From assembly GCA_035564915.1 (NCBI GenBank), contig DATMTH010000024.1, forward strand, positions 1,095 through 65,094: a stretch of DNA of 64,000 nucleotides, written 5' to 3'. The notes beneath the pieces were generated by a model. It saw only the letters and a program-made list of their open reading frames with translations, did no database searches and was not told where the DNA came from. Positions 49,316 through 59,652 of this stretch are shown in pieces (the stretch's first letter is position 1; every line of letters begins with the position of its first letter). This DNA is from Rhodanobacter sp. Lineage in GTDB: Bacteria > Pseudomonadota > Gammaproteobacteria > Xanthomonadales > Rhodanobacteraceae. Position numbers and translations under genes: made by a program.

Positions 49316-50485
49316 ATGGCCGTCAGCCTGAATCCGCTAGATCTGTACGATGTCCGCTCATTGCTCAGCGACGAGGAGCGCATGGTGCAGGATTCCGTCG
49401 GCCGTTTCGTCGACGAGAAGGTGCTGCCGATCATCGGCGACTGCTTCGACCAGGGACGCTTCCCGAAGGAGCTGATTCCCGAGATCGCGGCGTTGGGCCT
49501 GCTTGGCGCCACGATTCCCGAGGAATACGGCGGCGCCGGCATGAACGGTGTCAGCTACGGGCTGATCTGCCAGGAGCTGGAGCGCGGCGATTCGGGCTTG
49601 CGCAGCTTCGCCTCGGTGCAGAGTTCGCTGTGCATGTACCCGATCTTCGCCTACGGCAGCGAAGAGCAGAAAAAGCAGTACCTGCCGCGGATGTCGGCCG
49701 GCGAGGTGATCGGCTGCTTCGGCCTGACCGAACCGCATGGCGGCTCCGATCCGGCCAACATGAAGACGCATGCGAAGAAGAATGGCGGCGACTGGGTCAT
49801 CAATGGCGCCAAGATGTGGATCACCAACGGCAACCTGGCACACATCGCGATCGTCTGGGCGCAGACGGAAGACGGCATTCAGGGCTTCGTGGTGCCGACC
49901 GATACCGCCGGTTTCAAGGCACAGGAAATCCACAAGAAGATGAGCCTGCGCGCGTCGGTCACCAGCGCGCTGTTCTTCGACAACGTGCGCGTGCCGGACA
50001 GTGCGCGGCTGCCCAATGTGAAGGGCCTGAAGGGGCCGCTGGGCTGCCTGACCCAGGCACGCTACGGCATCACCTGGGGCCCGATCGGCGCGGCGCAGGC
50101 CTGCCTGAAGGAAGTACTCGACTACACCGCCGAGCGCATCCTGTTCGGTCGCCCGTTGTCGTCGAACCAGGCGGTGCAATTGAAGCTGGCGGACATGGCC
50201 CGGCGCATCACCACCGCGCAGCTGTTGTCGTTGCAGCTCGGCCGTCTGAAGGACGCTGGCAAGATGCAGCCGACCCAGGTGTCGCTGGCGAAGTGGAACA
50301 ACTGCCGCATGGCGATCGACATCGCACGCCAGTGCCGCGACATCCTCGGTGGCGCCGGCATCACCACCGAGCACGGCGCGATCCGCCATGCGCTGAACCT
50401 GGAGTCGGTCATCACCTACGAAGGCACCGAGACCGTGCATGAGTTGGTGGTCGGTCGCGAGTTGACCGGCATCAACGCGTTCTGA
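49316..50485 (+). CDS. Acyl-CoA dehydrogenase, glutaryl-CoA dehydrogenase-like
   Basis: ELERGDSGLRS..SVQSSL, GCFGLTEPHGGSDP, NGAKMWITNG, SLRASVT, NLESVITYEGT. Confidence 0.88.
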   Translation: MAVSLNPLDLYDVRSLLSDEERMVQDSVGRFVDEKVLPIIGDCFDQGRFPKELIPEIAALGLLGATIPEEYGGAGMNGVSYGLICQELERGDSGLRSFASVQSSLCMYPIFAYGSEEQKKQYLPRMSAGEVIGCFGLTEPHGGSDPANMKTHAKKNGGDWVINGAKMWITNGNLAHIAIVWAQTEDGIQGFVVPTDTAGFKAQEIHKKMSLRASVTSALFFDNVRVPDSARLPNVKGLKGPLGCLTQARYGITWGPIGAAQACLKEVLDYTAERILFGRPLSSNQAVQLKLADMARRITTAQLLSLQLGRLKDAGKMQPTQVSLAKWNNCRMAIDIARQCRDILGGAGITTEHGAIRHALNLESVITYEGTETVHELVVGRELTGINAF

Positions 50486-50547
50486 AATCCCGCCGCCCCT
50501 CTGCTCATGCCGAGTGGGGGGCTGGCAAAGCACTTCAGGAACACGCC

Positions 50548-51084
50548 GTGCAGATCCCGGACATTCACCTCGAAACCGATCGCCTGATCCTGCGCCCGAC
50601 CCGGGCAGAGGACTTCGAGGGCTGGGCCACGCTGATGGGTGACGAAGGAAGTTCGCGTTACATTGGTGGCCCGCAAACGCGTGCCACCGCATGGCGCGGG
50701 TTTCTTTGCATGGCCGGCGCATGGGCCATCCAGGGCTTTGGCATGTTTTCGGTGATCGAAAAGAGCAGCGGCCACTGGATCGGCAGACTGGGTCCCTGGT
50801 GCCCTGAAGGCTGGCCCGGCACGGAAGTGGGCTGGGGTTTGCTGCGTGATGCGTGGGGCAGGGGATATGCCAGCGAAGGTTCGACGATGGCGATCGATTG
50901 GGCCTTTGGCCATCTGGGTTGGACTGAGGTGATCCATTGCATCGATCCCGATAATCATGCTTCGCAGGCGGTCGCACGCCGGCTGGGTTCGACGATCCAG
51001 AAGCGGGTCGAGATGCCTTTCCCTGGCGAAGTGGCGGACTTGTGGGGTCAGAGTCGCGATGCCTGGAAGCGCCGTCGCGCATGA
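50548..51084 (+). CDS. GNAT acetyltransferase (RimJ/RimL-like)
   Basis: LETDRLILRP, EVGWGL..AWGRGYASE, IDPDNHASQAVARRLG; GTG start. Confidence 0.88.
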   Translation: MQIPDIHLETDRLILRPTRAEDFEGWATLMGDEGSSRYIGGPQTRATAWRGFLCMAGAWAIQGFGMFSVIEKSSGHWIGRLGPWCPEGWPGTEVGWGLLRDAWGRGYASEGSTMAIDWAFGHLGWTEVIHCIDPDNHASQAVARRLGSTIQKRVEMPFPGEVADLWGQSRDAWKRRRA

Positions 51085-51587
51085 GCCACCTGTCGCCCGC
51101 GCTGTACACCACACTGGCCGAGATCGTGCCGGATATGCATGTGCATTGTGTCGATCCGTGGTGCTTGATCGGCAGCGCCGCCGCGTTGTTGCTGGGCGCC
51201 GAGACCAGCGCAGCCGACGTCGATGTGCTGACATCACGCGTCGATGCCGACGCCTTGATGGGGGTGTGGGCGGAGCGACGCGAACCCGCCTTCACGCCGG
51301 CCGACAGTCAACTGTTCCGCTCGCATTTCGCCCGTTTCAGTTTTCCCGGCGCACCCGTCGAAGTGATGGGCGCGCTTGAACTGCATGCCGCCGGTGGCTG
51401 GCAGCCGGTGCATTACGGACGTCTGGTTCTGGTCGGCGTCAATGGTCTGGCCGTGCCCGTGCCATCCATCGACGACCAGATCCGACTGTTCGAAAGCTTC
51501 GGGCGCGAAAAGGATCTTGCCCGTGCCGCCACACTGCTGGCACTGGCGCCGTCGACCTTCAGCCTGCCGGTTGTTTCGTCCCATTGA
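51081..51587 (+). CDS. Nucleotidyltransferase-superfamily hypothetical protein
   Basis: LIGSAAALLLG...ADVDVL (GS + DxD) and C-terminal GREKD; ATGA overlap with the GNAT stop. Confidence 0.6.
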   Translation: MSHLSPALYTTLAEIVPDMHVHCVDPWCLIGSAAALLLGAETSAADVDVLTSRVDADALMGVWAERREPAFTPADSQLFRSHFARFSFPGAPVEVMGALELHAAGGWQPVHYGRLVLVGVNGLAVPVPSIDDQIRLFESFGREKDLARAATLLALAPSTFSLPVVSSH

Positions 51588-51630
51588 TGGCCGCCTTGCG
51601 GCCGCTTGTCCACATCCACACGAACTCGCC

Positions 51631-53904
51631 ATGACTGCCATTCCATTTGCCATCAGCGCTCGCCACAAGGGTTTCAACCGTGCCGAGGTCGTCGACCAGA
51701 ACTTCATCGAATTCGTGCAGTTGTGGCATGGCGAAGTGCGCGCCGTGCCGTGCGACAACGATGCGGTGTTGCCGGGCAGTGCGCTGGACGCGAAGGGTTT
51801 TCGGGAACTGCTGGAATCTCAGCTGATCTCGCGCCACCTCGATTTGATGGCGCGCGTGTTGCGCGTGCAGAACAAGGTGTTCTACACCATCGGCTCGTCC
51901 GGCCACGAAGGCAATGCGATGGTGGCGCGGCTGGCGCGGCATACCGACCCGGCCTTCCTGCATTATCGCTCCGGCGGCTTCATGGCCGAGCGCTTCCGCA
52001 AGATTCCCGGCATGGATCCGGTGATGGATTCGGCGTTGAGCTTTGCCGCCAGCAAGGATGACCCGGCCTCAGGTGGCCGTCACAAGGTGTGGGGCAGCAA
52101 GCCGTTGTGGGTGCTGCCGCAGACATCGACGATCGCCTCGCACCTGCCCAAGGCGCTGGGCACCGCGGTGGCGATCGAGCAGGCGCGCCGGATCGGCCAT
52201 CAGCTGCCGATTCCCGACGACAGCATCACCATCTGCTCGTTCGGTGACGCTTCCAGCAACCACGCCAGCGCGCAGACCGCGTTCAATACCGCGGCATGGA
52301 CCGCCTACCAGAAGCTGCCGGCGCCCGTGCTGTTCGTGTGCGAAGACAACGGCATCGGCATCTCGGTGAAGACGCCGAGCGGCTGGGTGGCGAACAATTA
52401 CCAGCACCGCGCCAACCTCGACTACTTCTTTGCCGATGGCCTCGATCTGGCCGAAGGCTACGCCCAGGTCCAGCGTGCGGTGGAACATTGCCGCTCGACG
52501 CGCCGACCGACCTTCCTGCATCTGAAGACCACCCGAGTGATGGGTCATGCCGGCACTGATTTCGAGATCGAGTGGCGCAGCATCGAGGAACTGTTCGCGG
52601 TGGAGTCGACCGACCCGCTGCTGCGCTCGGCGGGGATCGCGCTGGAATCGGGCCTGTATTCGAAGGACGACCTGCTGAATCTTTACGAGGCCACCCGCAA
52701 GCGTTGCTTCGCCGCCGCGGAAGATGCGGATTCGCGCCATCGGCTGACCTCGCTGGACGACGTGATGAAGCCGCTGGCGCCGTACACGCCGACGGCCGTG
52801 AAGGCCGAGGCAACGCGTGCGGATTATGCCGACAAGCGCCTTGCCGTTTTCGGCGGCGAAGCGAAGTTGCCGGAGAAGCTGCCGCCACGGCATCTGGCGA
52901 TCCAGATCGGCCAGGCGCTGCACGACCTGCTGGCGAAATATCCCGAGGCCTTGCTGTTCGGTGAGGATGTGGCGCAGAAGGGTGGCGTGTATACCGTCAC
53001 CAAGGGTTTGAACAAGACCTTCAAGGGCAGCCGCGTGTTCAACACCCTGCTCGACGAGACGATGATCCTTGGCCTGGCCCAAGGCTACGCCAACATGGGC
53101 ATGCTGCCGCTGCCGGAGATCCAGTACCTGGCGTACTTCCACAACGCCTGCGACCAGATTCGCGGCGAGGCAGCCTCGCTGCAGTTCTTCTCCAACGACC
53201 AGTACCGCAATCCGATGGTGATGCGCGTGGCGTCGCTGGGTTACCAGAAGGGCTTCGGCGGGCACTTCCACAACGACAACTCGATCACGGCGCTGCGTGA
53301 CATTCCCGGTCTGGTGGTGGGCTGTTCAAGCCGCGGCGACGATGCGGCGATGATGTTGCGCACGATGATGGCGCTGGCGAAAGTGGACGGCCGAGTCTGT
53401 GCCTTCCTCGAACCGATCGCGCTGTACATGACCAAGGATCTGTACGAGGCCGGTGATGGCCAGTGGCAGTTCGACTATCCGGCACCGGACCGGGCGATGA
53501 CTTTGGGCGAGGGCCGGATCTACAACGAGGCGGCGAACGATCTGGTGGTAATCACCTTCGGCAACGGCGTGCCGATGGCGCTGCGTGCCGCGCGCACGAT
53601 CGAAAAGGAACTGGGCTGGCAGGTGCGCGTGGTCGACCTGCGCTGGCTGGCACCGCTCAACGATGCCTTCATCGTGGCGCAGGCATCGAGCGCCAGACGC
53701 ATCCTGGTGCTGGACGAGGGGCGCAAGAGTGCCGGGGTGGGCGAGGGCGTGATCACCGCCATCGTCGAGGGCGGCTGCGGCGCCACGCCGTTGCATCGCG
53801 TGGTGGGGGCCGACACCTTCACCCCGCTGGCCGGTGCGGCGCTGCTGGTGCTGCCGGGCGAGGCCGAGGTGGTGGCCGGGGCACGGGCGCTTGCCGCAGG
53901 CTGA
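51631..53904 (+). CDS. Fused E1 alpha/beta TPP-dependent 2-oxoacid dehydrogenase
   Basis: FYTIGSSGHEG, TPP motif FGDAS...EDNGIGIS, FGEDVA.KGGVY, RVFNTLLDE, EIQY..Y, GGHFHN, VVDLRWL. Confidence 0.9.
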   Translation: MTAIPFAISARHKGFNRAEVVDQNFIEFVQLWHGEVRAVPCDNDAVLPGSALDAKGFRELLESQLISRHLDLMARVLRVQNKVFYTIGSSGHEGNAMVARLARHTDPAFLHYRSGGFMAERFRKIPGMDPVMDSALSFAASKDDPASGGRHKVWGSKPLWVLPQTSTIASHLPKALGTAVAIEQARRIGHQLPIPDDSITICSFGDASSNHASAQTAFNTAAWTAYQKLPAPVLFVCEDNGIGISVKTPSGWVANNYQHRANLDYFFADGLDLAEGYAQVQRAVEHCRSTRRPTFLHLKTTRVMGHAGTDFEIEWRSIEELFAVESTDPLLRSAGIALESGLYSKDDLLNLYEATRKRCFAAAEDADSRHRLTSLDDVMKPLAPYTPTAVKAEATRADYADKRLAVFGGEAKLPEKLPPRHLAIQIGQALHDLLAKYPEALLFGEDVAQKGGVYTVTKGLNKTFKGSRVFNTLLDETMILGLAQGYANMGMLPLPEIQYLAYFHNACDQIRGEAASLQFFSNDQYRNPMVMRVASLGYQKGFGGHFHNDNSITALRDIPGLVVGCSSRGDDAAMMLRTMMALAKVDGRVCAFLEPIALYMTKDLYEAGDGQWQFDYPAPDRAMTLGEGRIYNEAANDLVVITFGNGVPMALRAARTIEKELGWQVRVVDLRWLAPLNDAFIVAQASSARRILVLDEGRKSAGVGEGVITAIVEGGCGATPLHRVVGADTFTPLAGAALLVLPGEAEVVAGARALAAG

Positions 53905-53922
53905 GTATCGGGCCTGGGGCCG

Positions 53923-55683
53923 TCAGCTGTCGTCGCGTCGTTTCGTCACCACGTGCAAGCGTGGCTTGGTGGGCCGTATGGCTGGTGCGGCACTGAGCTC
54001 ATCCATGCAGACACGATTGCGCCCATGCAGCTTGGCGCGATACATCGCCTGGTCGGCGCGTTCGATCAGTGACTCCAGCGTATCGCCGTGGCGATACATC
54101 GCGATGCCGATACTGATGCTCAGCATCTGCTGGTCGTCACGCACGGGTATCTCAAGTCGGTGCACGCGCCGGCACAGGCGCGTGGCCACCTGCATGGCCT
54201 CCTCGGCAGCGGTGCTGTCGAGCAGGGCGATGAATTCCTCGCCGCCGTAGCGGCCGAACAGATCCGCCGGACGCAATTCGGTCTTCAACGTATTGCTGAC
54301 GGCAACCAGGGCGCGGTCGCCGGTATTGTGGCCATGAAGATCGTTCAGCAGCTTGAAGTGATCCAGGTCGAGGAACAGAAGTGCGAGCGGTCGTGATGCG
54401 CCGTTGGCGAGCATGGCGCTGGCACGCTCACTCCACGCCCGGCGATTGAGCGCTTCGGTGAGGGCATCCTGGTTGGCGAGCACCTGCACGGTGTCGCGAT
54501 CCTGGCGCAGTTGCAGCGCACGGTCGGCCAGACCCAGCGACAGCACCAGCGCCTCGAAGGCCCCCGCAGCGAGGCTGGCATCGTTGAGCCAGGCCAGTTC
54601 CGGCAGGGCGCCGTTGACCTGGGCGCTGGACATCGCGGTCAGCAACAGCAGGGGTGTCCAGCCGGCGAGGAAGAACCATGCCTGCCGCGAACCGCGCGCT
54701 GCGGCAACAATAGCCGCCACCAAAAGAAGCAATGCGCCGATCATCAACAGGGGATTGAGCAGGGTCTGGGCTACGTTGATCAACAGAGGCACGCCACTGC
54801 AGCGCATCAGCACCAGCTGGATCATGCCCGCTGCCACGGCCATGATCGGTACCCACAACGCCCGCACATGTCGTTGCAAATCGCAGAATCGCATCATGAA
54901 CAGCGAGGCGAAGGCGACCGAAAGTGCCACCGCGGCCGAGCCGACCATCCATGCCTCACCGGATAGCCATTGCCATTGCAGCGGGTGAAATACAAAACCG
55001 GTCTGCACACCCTGGATCAGGGCATAACAGACGATGTAGCCGGCGTACCAGGCATAGGTGACGTCGCGCAGCATCAAGCCGAAGCACAGTGCCATCAGCA
55101 CCATCGCCAGCATCGTTGCAAAGCAGGCGCTGGCAAACACCAGCCACTGGGCATCGCTTTGCATGTACTCAGCCCATGGTTCGATCCGGAACTGCACCGG
55201 TGAGCTGATCGTCGCTGACGGTTCGAAGCGAAGCAGGATCGGAGCGGATGCGGCCTGGGTCAGGGGTATCCGCCATGCCAGGCGTCCGTGGCCATGTTGG
55301 TACGAGCCGAAGTCGTCCATGGCCAGGCGATGCAGTTGCCCGTTCTCGATCACGCTGATTGCGCCGAGTGACGGCGGGTAGATACTCAGTACGCGTTCTT
55401 CGTTGTCCCAGGGCGGCTGGGCTGCGATTACCACCCAGGTGCCCTGTTGACCACGAGGGAACTGGTGCAGCATCGATGGATCGAAACTCTTCAGGTGGCC
55501 GGCTTTGTAGTCATCCAGCACGCTTTGCGCGGTGTCGCCGGCGTGCACTTCGCGCCAGGCGCCATTGAGTGGCATGGACGCGGCATGCGCGGCACCAAAC
55601 CAGAGCCATAGCAAGACGAGCACAAAGCCGTACCCTTGCCGCCGGCGGCGGACGGGTGTTGGCCATGTGATCGACATCTGCAT
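53923..55683 (-). CDS. 7TM-DISM sensor diguanylate cyclase
   Basis: Periplasmic domain, seven TM helices, DALT..NRR, DLDHFK..ND.HGH..GD, RYGGEEF active site, RxxD I-site (RPAD). Confidence 0.92.
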   Translation of the reverse strand: MQMSITWPTPVRRRRQGYGFVLVLLWLWFGAAHAASMPLNGAWREVHAGDTAQSVLDDYKAGHLKSFDPSMLHQFPRGQQGTWVVIAAQPPWDNEERVLSIYPPSLGAISVIENGQLHRLAMDDFGSYQHGHGRLAWRIPLTQAASAPILLRFEPSATISSPVQFRIEPWAEYMQSDAQWLVFASACFATMLAMVLMALCFGLMLRDVTYAWYAGYIVCYALIQGVQTGFVFHPLQWQWLSGEAWMVGSAAVALSVAFASLFMMRFCDLQRHVRALWVPIMAVAAGMIQLVLMRCSGVPLLINVAQTLLNPLLMIGALLLLVAAIVAAARGSRQAWFFLAGWTPLLLLTAMSSAQVNGALPELAWLNDASLAAGAFEALVLSLGLADRALQLRQDRDTVQVLANQDALTEALNRRAWSERASAMLANGASRPLALLFLDLDHFKLLNDLHGHNTGDRALVAVSNTLKTELRPADLFGRYGGEEFIALLDSTAAEEAMQVATRLCRRVHRLEIPVRDDQQMLSISIGIAMYRHGDTLESLIERADQAMYRAKLHGRNRVCMDELSAAPAIRPTKPRLHVVTKRRDDS

Positions 55684-55864
55684 TTCACCCTCCGTGTTCC
55701 GCCATGCTTGCGCGGGACTGGTGGTTCAAGTGGCGCTCTTGGACTGTATCTCCGGTGTTGATGAGGTTCGTGCCATGCACCCGTCGGCATCCGTGTTGCG
55801 AGCACCGCCATCCCTGGAAGGCGCGTTCTGCCGCTGATGTGGTGCGAACCTGCACGATAGAATA

Positions 55865-55880
55865 AGCACGACTCGTGCCA
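55865..55880 (-). promoter_or_regulatory. Putative sigma54 (-24/-12) promoter for the diguanylate cyclase
   Basis: Minus strand reads TGGCACG-AGTC-GTGCT, against consensus TGGCACG-N4-TTGCW, with correct GG/GC spacing. Confidence 0.55.
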
Positions 55881-56030
55881 ATATATTGTGACAGGATGTG
55901 GCGCTGCATGCGAAGGGGTGCCGGCATGCAACGGCGTCACTGCGCGGGATCGCGGAACAACCGACATGGGCCAATACGGCCGCGCAGGGTCACATCGTGA
56001 AACTGCATCCCTCATGCCGGTATTGCCTGC

Positions 56031-59000
56031 TCAATGCGGCCGGCGTGCTCCCAGCAGAACCAGCACTTCCTGCGCGCTGCGGATGCGTTCGCTGGCGCCG
56101 GGCAGGTCGAGGATGATCTTCAGCTTGTCCTGTCCGTCGAGCTTGTAGACGCGTGGCAGCTGCTGGATCAGCTTGATGATCAGCATCGGATCGACTTCGG
56201 GTTTCTCGCGGAACACGATGCGTCCGCCGTTGGCGCCGAAATCAAGTTTTCGAATACCCAGCGGCGTGGCCATGAGTTTCAGGCTGGCCACCGCAAACAG
56301 CTGCTTGGTGGCATCCGGCAGCAGGCCGAACCGGTCGATCATCTCCACCTGCAGGTCGCGAAGGTCATCTTCGCTGCGAGCGCTGGCAATGCGCTTGTAC
56401 AGGGTCAGCCGCGCATGCACGTCGCCGAGGTAGTCGTCTGGAATCAGTGCAGGCAGGTGCAGCTCGACTTCGGTTTCATGTTCGCTGCTGAGGTCGAAAT
56501 CGGGCACCTTGCCGGATTTCAGTGCCCGCACGGCGCGGTCGAGCAGTTCGGTGTACAGGCCGAAACCGATTTCCTGGATCTGGCCGGATTGTTCGTCGCC
56601 GAGCAGTTCGCCGGCGCCGCGGATTTCCAGGTCGTGGGTGGCCAGGGTGAAGCCGGCGCCAAGTTCCTCCAGCGAGGCCAGCGCTTCCAGCCGCTTCTGT
56701 GCGTCGGCGGTGATCGACTTGCGATCCGGCACCACCAGGTAGGCGTAGGCGCGGTGGTGCGAGCGACCCACACGGCCGCGCAGCTGGTGCAACTGGGCCA
56801 GGCCGAAGCGGTCGGCGCGGTTGATGATGATGGTGTTGGCGGTGGGAATGTCGATGCCGGTTTCGATGATCGTGGTACACACCAGCACGTTGAAGCGCTG
56901 GCGGTGGAAGTCGGCCATCACACTTTCCAGTTCGCGCTCGGGCATCTGGCCGTGCGCGATGCGGATACGTGCTTCGGGTACCAGTTCTTCCAGTTCGCGA
57001 ACGATGCGCTCGATGCTCTGCACCTCGTTGTGCAGGAAGTACACCTGGCCGCCACGGGACAGCTCGCGCTGCAGTGCCTCGCGGATGGTGGCCCGGTCCC
57101 ACGCCGAGATGAAGGTGCGCACCGCCGAACGGTGTGCCGGCGGCGTGGCGATCAGCGACAGGTCGCGCAGCCCGGCCATCGCCATGTTCAGCGTGCGCGG
57201 GATCGGCGTGGCGGTCATCGTCAGCAGGTCGACCTCGGCGCGCAGCTTTTTCAGCTGCTCCTTCTGGCGTACGCCGAAACGCTGTTCCTCGTCGACGATG
57301 ACCAGGCCGAGATTCTTGAACTTCACATCCGGCATCAGCAGTTTGTGGGTGCCCACGATGACGTCGATCTGGCCATCGGCCAAGCGTTTCAGCGCCTCGG
57401 TCACTTCCTTGCCGGAGCGGAAGCGCGACAACACGTCCACACGTACCGGCCAGTCGGCGAAACGGTCGGCGAAATTGCGAAAGTGCTGCTGGGCGAGCAG
57501 GGTGGTCGGCACCAGCACGGCGACCTGCTTGCCGGCGGTGGCGGTGGCGAACGCGGCACGCAAGGCTACTTCGGTCTTGCCGAAGCCGACGTCGCCGCAG
57601 ATCACCCGGTCCATCGCGCGCGGTGCGGCGAGATCGCCGAGCACCGCCTCGATCGCGGTTTCCTGATCGGGGGTTTCCTCGAACGGGAAGCTGGAACCGA
57701 ATTCCTCCACCAGCGGGCGGTCGATCGGCATCGACTCGCCGCCGCGCGCCTGCCGTTGTGCATAGATCGCCAACAGTTCGGCGGCCACGTCGCGCACTTT
57801 CTCCGCGGCCTTCTTGCGTGCACGCTCCCACGCATCGCCGCCCAGCGAATGCAGTGGTGCCAGTTCCGGCGCGGTGCCGGAGTAGCGACTGACCAGGCCG
57901 AGCTGCGATACCGGCACATACAGCTTGTCGCCCTTGGCGTATTCGATGGTGAGGAATTCGCCATCCATGCCGCCCACATCCATCGAGACCAGGCCCTGAT
58001 AACGACCGACGCCATGATCGACGTGCACGATCGGTGCGCCGAGGGTGAGTTCGGTCAGGTCGCGGATGATGCTTTCCGGGTCCCGCGCCGTGCCACGGCG
58101 ACGCTTGCGGTCGCGTTCGCTGCGCACGCGCTCGCCATACAGCTCGCGCTCGGTAAGCACGGTGATCGCAGGCTTGGTCAGCGCAAAGCCCTGTTCCAGC
58201 GAGGCAATGGTGATGGCGAAAGGCATCGCTGTCGAAGCCGCTGCCGTGGTGTCGCCGGCCTGCAGGAAGGCTTGCCATGTGTCGACGTTTTGCGGCCGCA
58301 TGTCGGCGGTCGCCAGTGTCTCGATCAGTGCTTCGCGGCGACCGGCCGAGTCCGCGGCAATCAGCACGCGGCCCGGGTAACTGGACAGGAAGTGCTTGAG
58401 CGCGGCACCCGGCTCCTCTCCCTTGCGGTTCAGCGTCAACTCCGGCGCCGGTTGCGTGCCGGTGGCCACGGCGTGTTCGTGACCGCCATCCACCATCTCG
58501 ATGCGCAGGCGCTGGTTGAGTTGTTCGCGCAACTGCTCTGGCGGCAGGTACAACTCGGCAGGCGGCAATACCGGTCGCTCGATGTCGTGGGCGCGCTGGT
58601 CGTAGCGCTCGACGGTTTGCGTCCAGAACTGGTCGGCAGCCTCACCCGCACCTTCGCCGAGCAGGAACATGGCGTCATCGGCCAGATAATCGAACAGGGT
58701 GGCGGTCCGGGCGAAGAACAGCGGCAGGTAATACTCGATGCCGCCTGGCGTGACGCCTTCCTTCATGTCCTGATACAGCGGGCAGCGACGCACGTCGATC
58801 GGGAAGCGCTCGCGCAGATTGCCGCGGAATTCCTTTGCCGCTGCGTCGGTCAGCGGAAATTCGCGCGCTGGCAGCAGGTCGATCTTGTCTACTTGCTGTT
58901 GCGAGCGTTGTGTTTCCGGGTCGAAGCTGCGGATGGTTTCGACTTCGTCATCGAACAGCTCGATGCGATATGGCTCGGCCGTGCCCATCGGGAAGATATC

Positions 59001-59516
59001 GATCAGCGCACCGCGTACGGCGAAGTCGCCGGGCTCGGTCACTTGCGGCACGTTGCGGTAACCGGCTGCTTCCAGCCGGCGCTGCTCGGCGACGATATCC
59101 AGCTTCTGGCCCTTGCTCAGCACCAGGCCGGAGCCGGTGATGTGCGCGCGTGGTGCGATTCGTTGCATCAGCGTGGCCACCGGCACCACCAGCACGCCGC
59201 GCTTCACCGATGGCAGCTGGTAGAGCGTGGCTATGCGCTGCGAGACAATTTCCGGGTGCGGGCTGAACGCATCGTAGGGCAGGGTTTCCCAGTCCGGAAA
59301 ATGCAGGATCGGCAAGTTGCCGGCGAAGATGCGCAACGCCGCCTCCAGCGCCTGCGCACGCTGGGTATCGCGGGCTACCGCTACCAGCAGGCCGTCGTGC
59401 GAGCGCGCCGTCTCGGCGATCAGCAGTGCTCGCGCCGAGCCATGCGTGGGGGCCCAGTAGCGGCGTTGCCTGGGTGTGGTTGGCAGGGGTGGGTGTTTGA
59501 TCGGGCTGCTGGACAT
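56031..59516 (-). CDS. mfd: Transcription-repair coupling factor
   Basis: FPDWETLPYD, UvrB-like region, CarD-like VHVDHGVGRY, GDVGFGKTEV, DEEQRFG, TATPIPRT, QLRGRVGR, TRCF domain. Confidence 0.97.
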   Translation of the reverse strand: MSSSPIKHPPLPTTPRQRRYWAPTHGSARALLIAETARSHDGLLVAVARDTQRAQALEAALRIFAGNLPILHFPDWETLPYDAFSPHPEIVSQRIATLYQLPSVKRGVLVVPVATLMQRIAPRAHITGSGLVLSKGQKLDIVAEQRRLEAAGYRNVPQVTEPGDFAVRGALIDIFPMGTAEPYRIELFDDEVETIRSFDPETQRSQQQVDKIDLLPAREFPLTDAAAKEFRGNLRERFPIDVRRCPLYQDMKEGVTPGGIEYYLPLFFARTATLFDYLADDAMFLLGEGAGEAADQFWTQTVERYDQRAHDIERPVLPPAELYLPPEQLREQLNQRLRIEMVDGGHEHAVATGTQPAPELTLNRKGEEPGAALKHFLSSYPGRVLIAADSAGRREALIETLATADMRPQNVDTWQAFLQAGDTTAAASTAMPFAITIASLEQGFALTKPAITVLTERELYGERVRSERDRKRRRGTARDPESIIRDLTELTLGAPIVHVDHGVGRYQGLVSMDVGGMDGEFLTIEYAKGDKLYVPVSQLGLVSRYSGTAPELAPLHSLGGDAWERARKKAAEKVRDVAAELLAIYAQRQARGGESMPIDRPLVEEFGSSFPFEETPDQETAIEAVLGDLAAPRAMDRVICGDVGFGKTEVALRAAFATATAGKQVAVLVPTTLLAQQHFRNFADRFADWPVRVDVLSRFRSGKEVTEALKRLADGQIDVIVGTHKLLMPDVKFKNLGLVIVDEEQRFGVRQKEQLKKLRAEVDLLTMTATPIPRTLNMAMAGLRDLSLIATPPAHRSAVRTFISAWDRATIREALQRELSRGGQVYFLHNEVQSIERIVRELEELVPEARIRIAHGQMPERELESVMADFHRQRFNVLVCTTIIETGIDIPTANTIIINRADRFGLAQLHQLRGRVGRSHHRAYAYLVVPDRKSITADAQKRLEALASLEELGAGFTLATHDLEIRGAGELLGDEQSGQIQEIGFGLYTELLDRAVRALKSGKVPDFDLSSEHETEVELHLPALIPDDYLGDVHARLTLYKRIASARSEDDLRDLQVEMIDRFGLLPDATKQLFAVASLKLMATPLGIRKLDFGANGGRIVFREKPEVDPMLIIKLIQQLPRVYKLDGQDKLKIILDLPGASERIRSAQEVLVLLGARRPH

Positions 59517-59652
59517 AGAGAGCGCGGGTTCAGGGCGCCGCCATCGAGCCGCGCCGGGGAAAGCGGGCAAGTGTAACGCGACAGCCATCATGGGCTGTCG
59601 TGATGCTTGACTGAGGCGTCGGTCGACGCCCGGTGGCTTGAACCGGCAGCGA

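Noticed and set aside
56034-59576. 1180-aa antisense ORF opposite mfd, and similar shadows over gltX, trpB, hisD and the RND gene
   Set aside because: Mirror frames caused by codon bias; the sense genes are unambiguous
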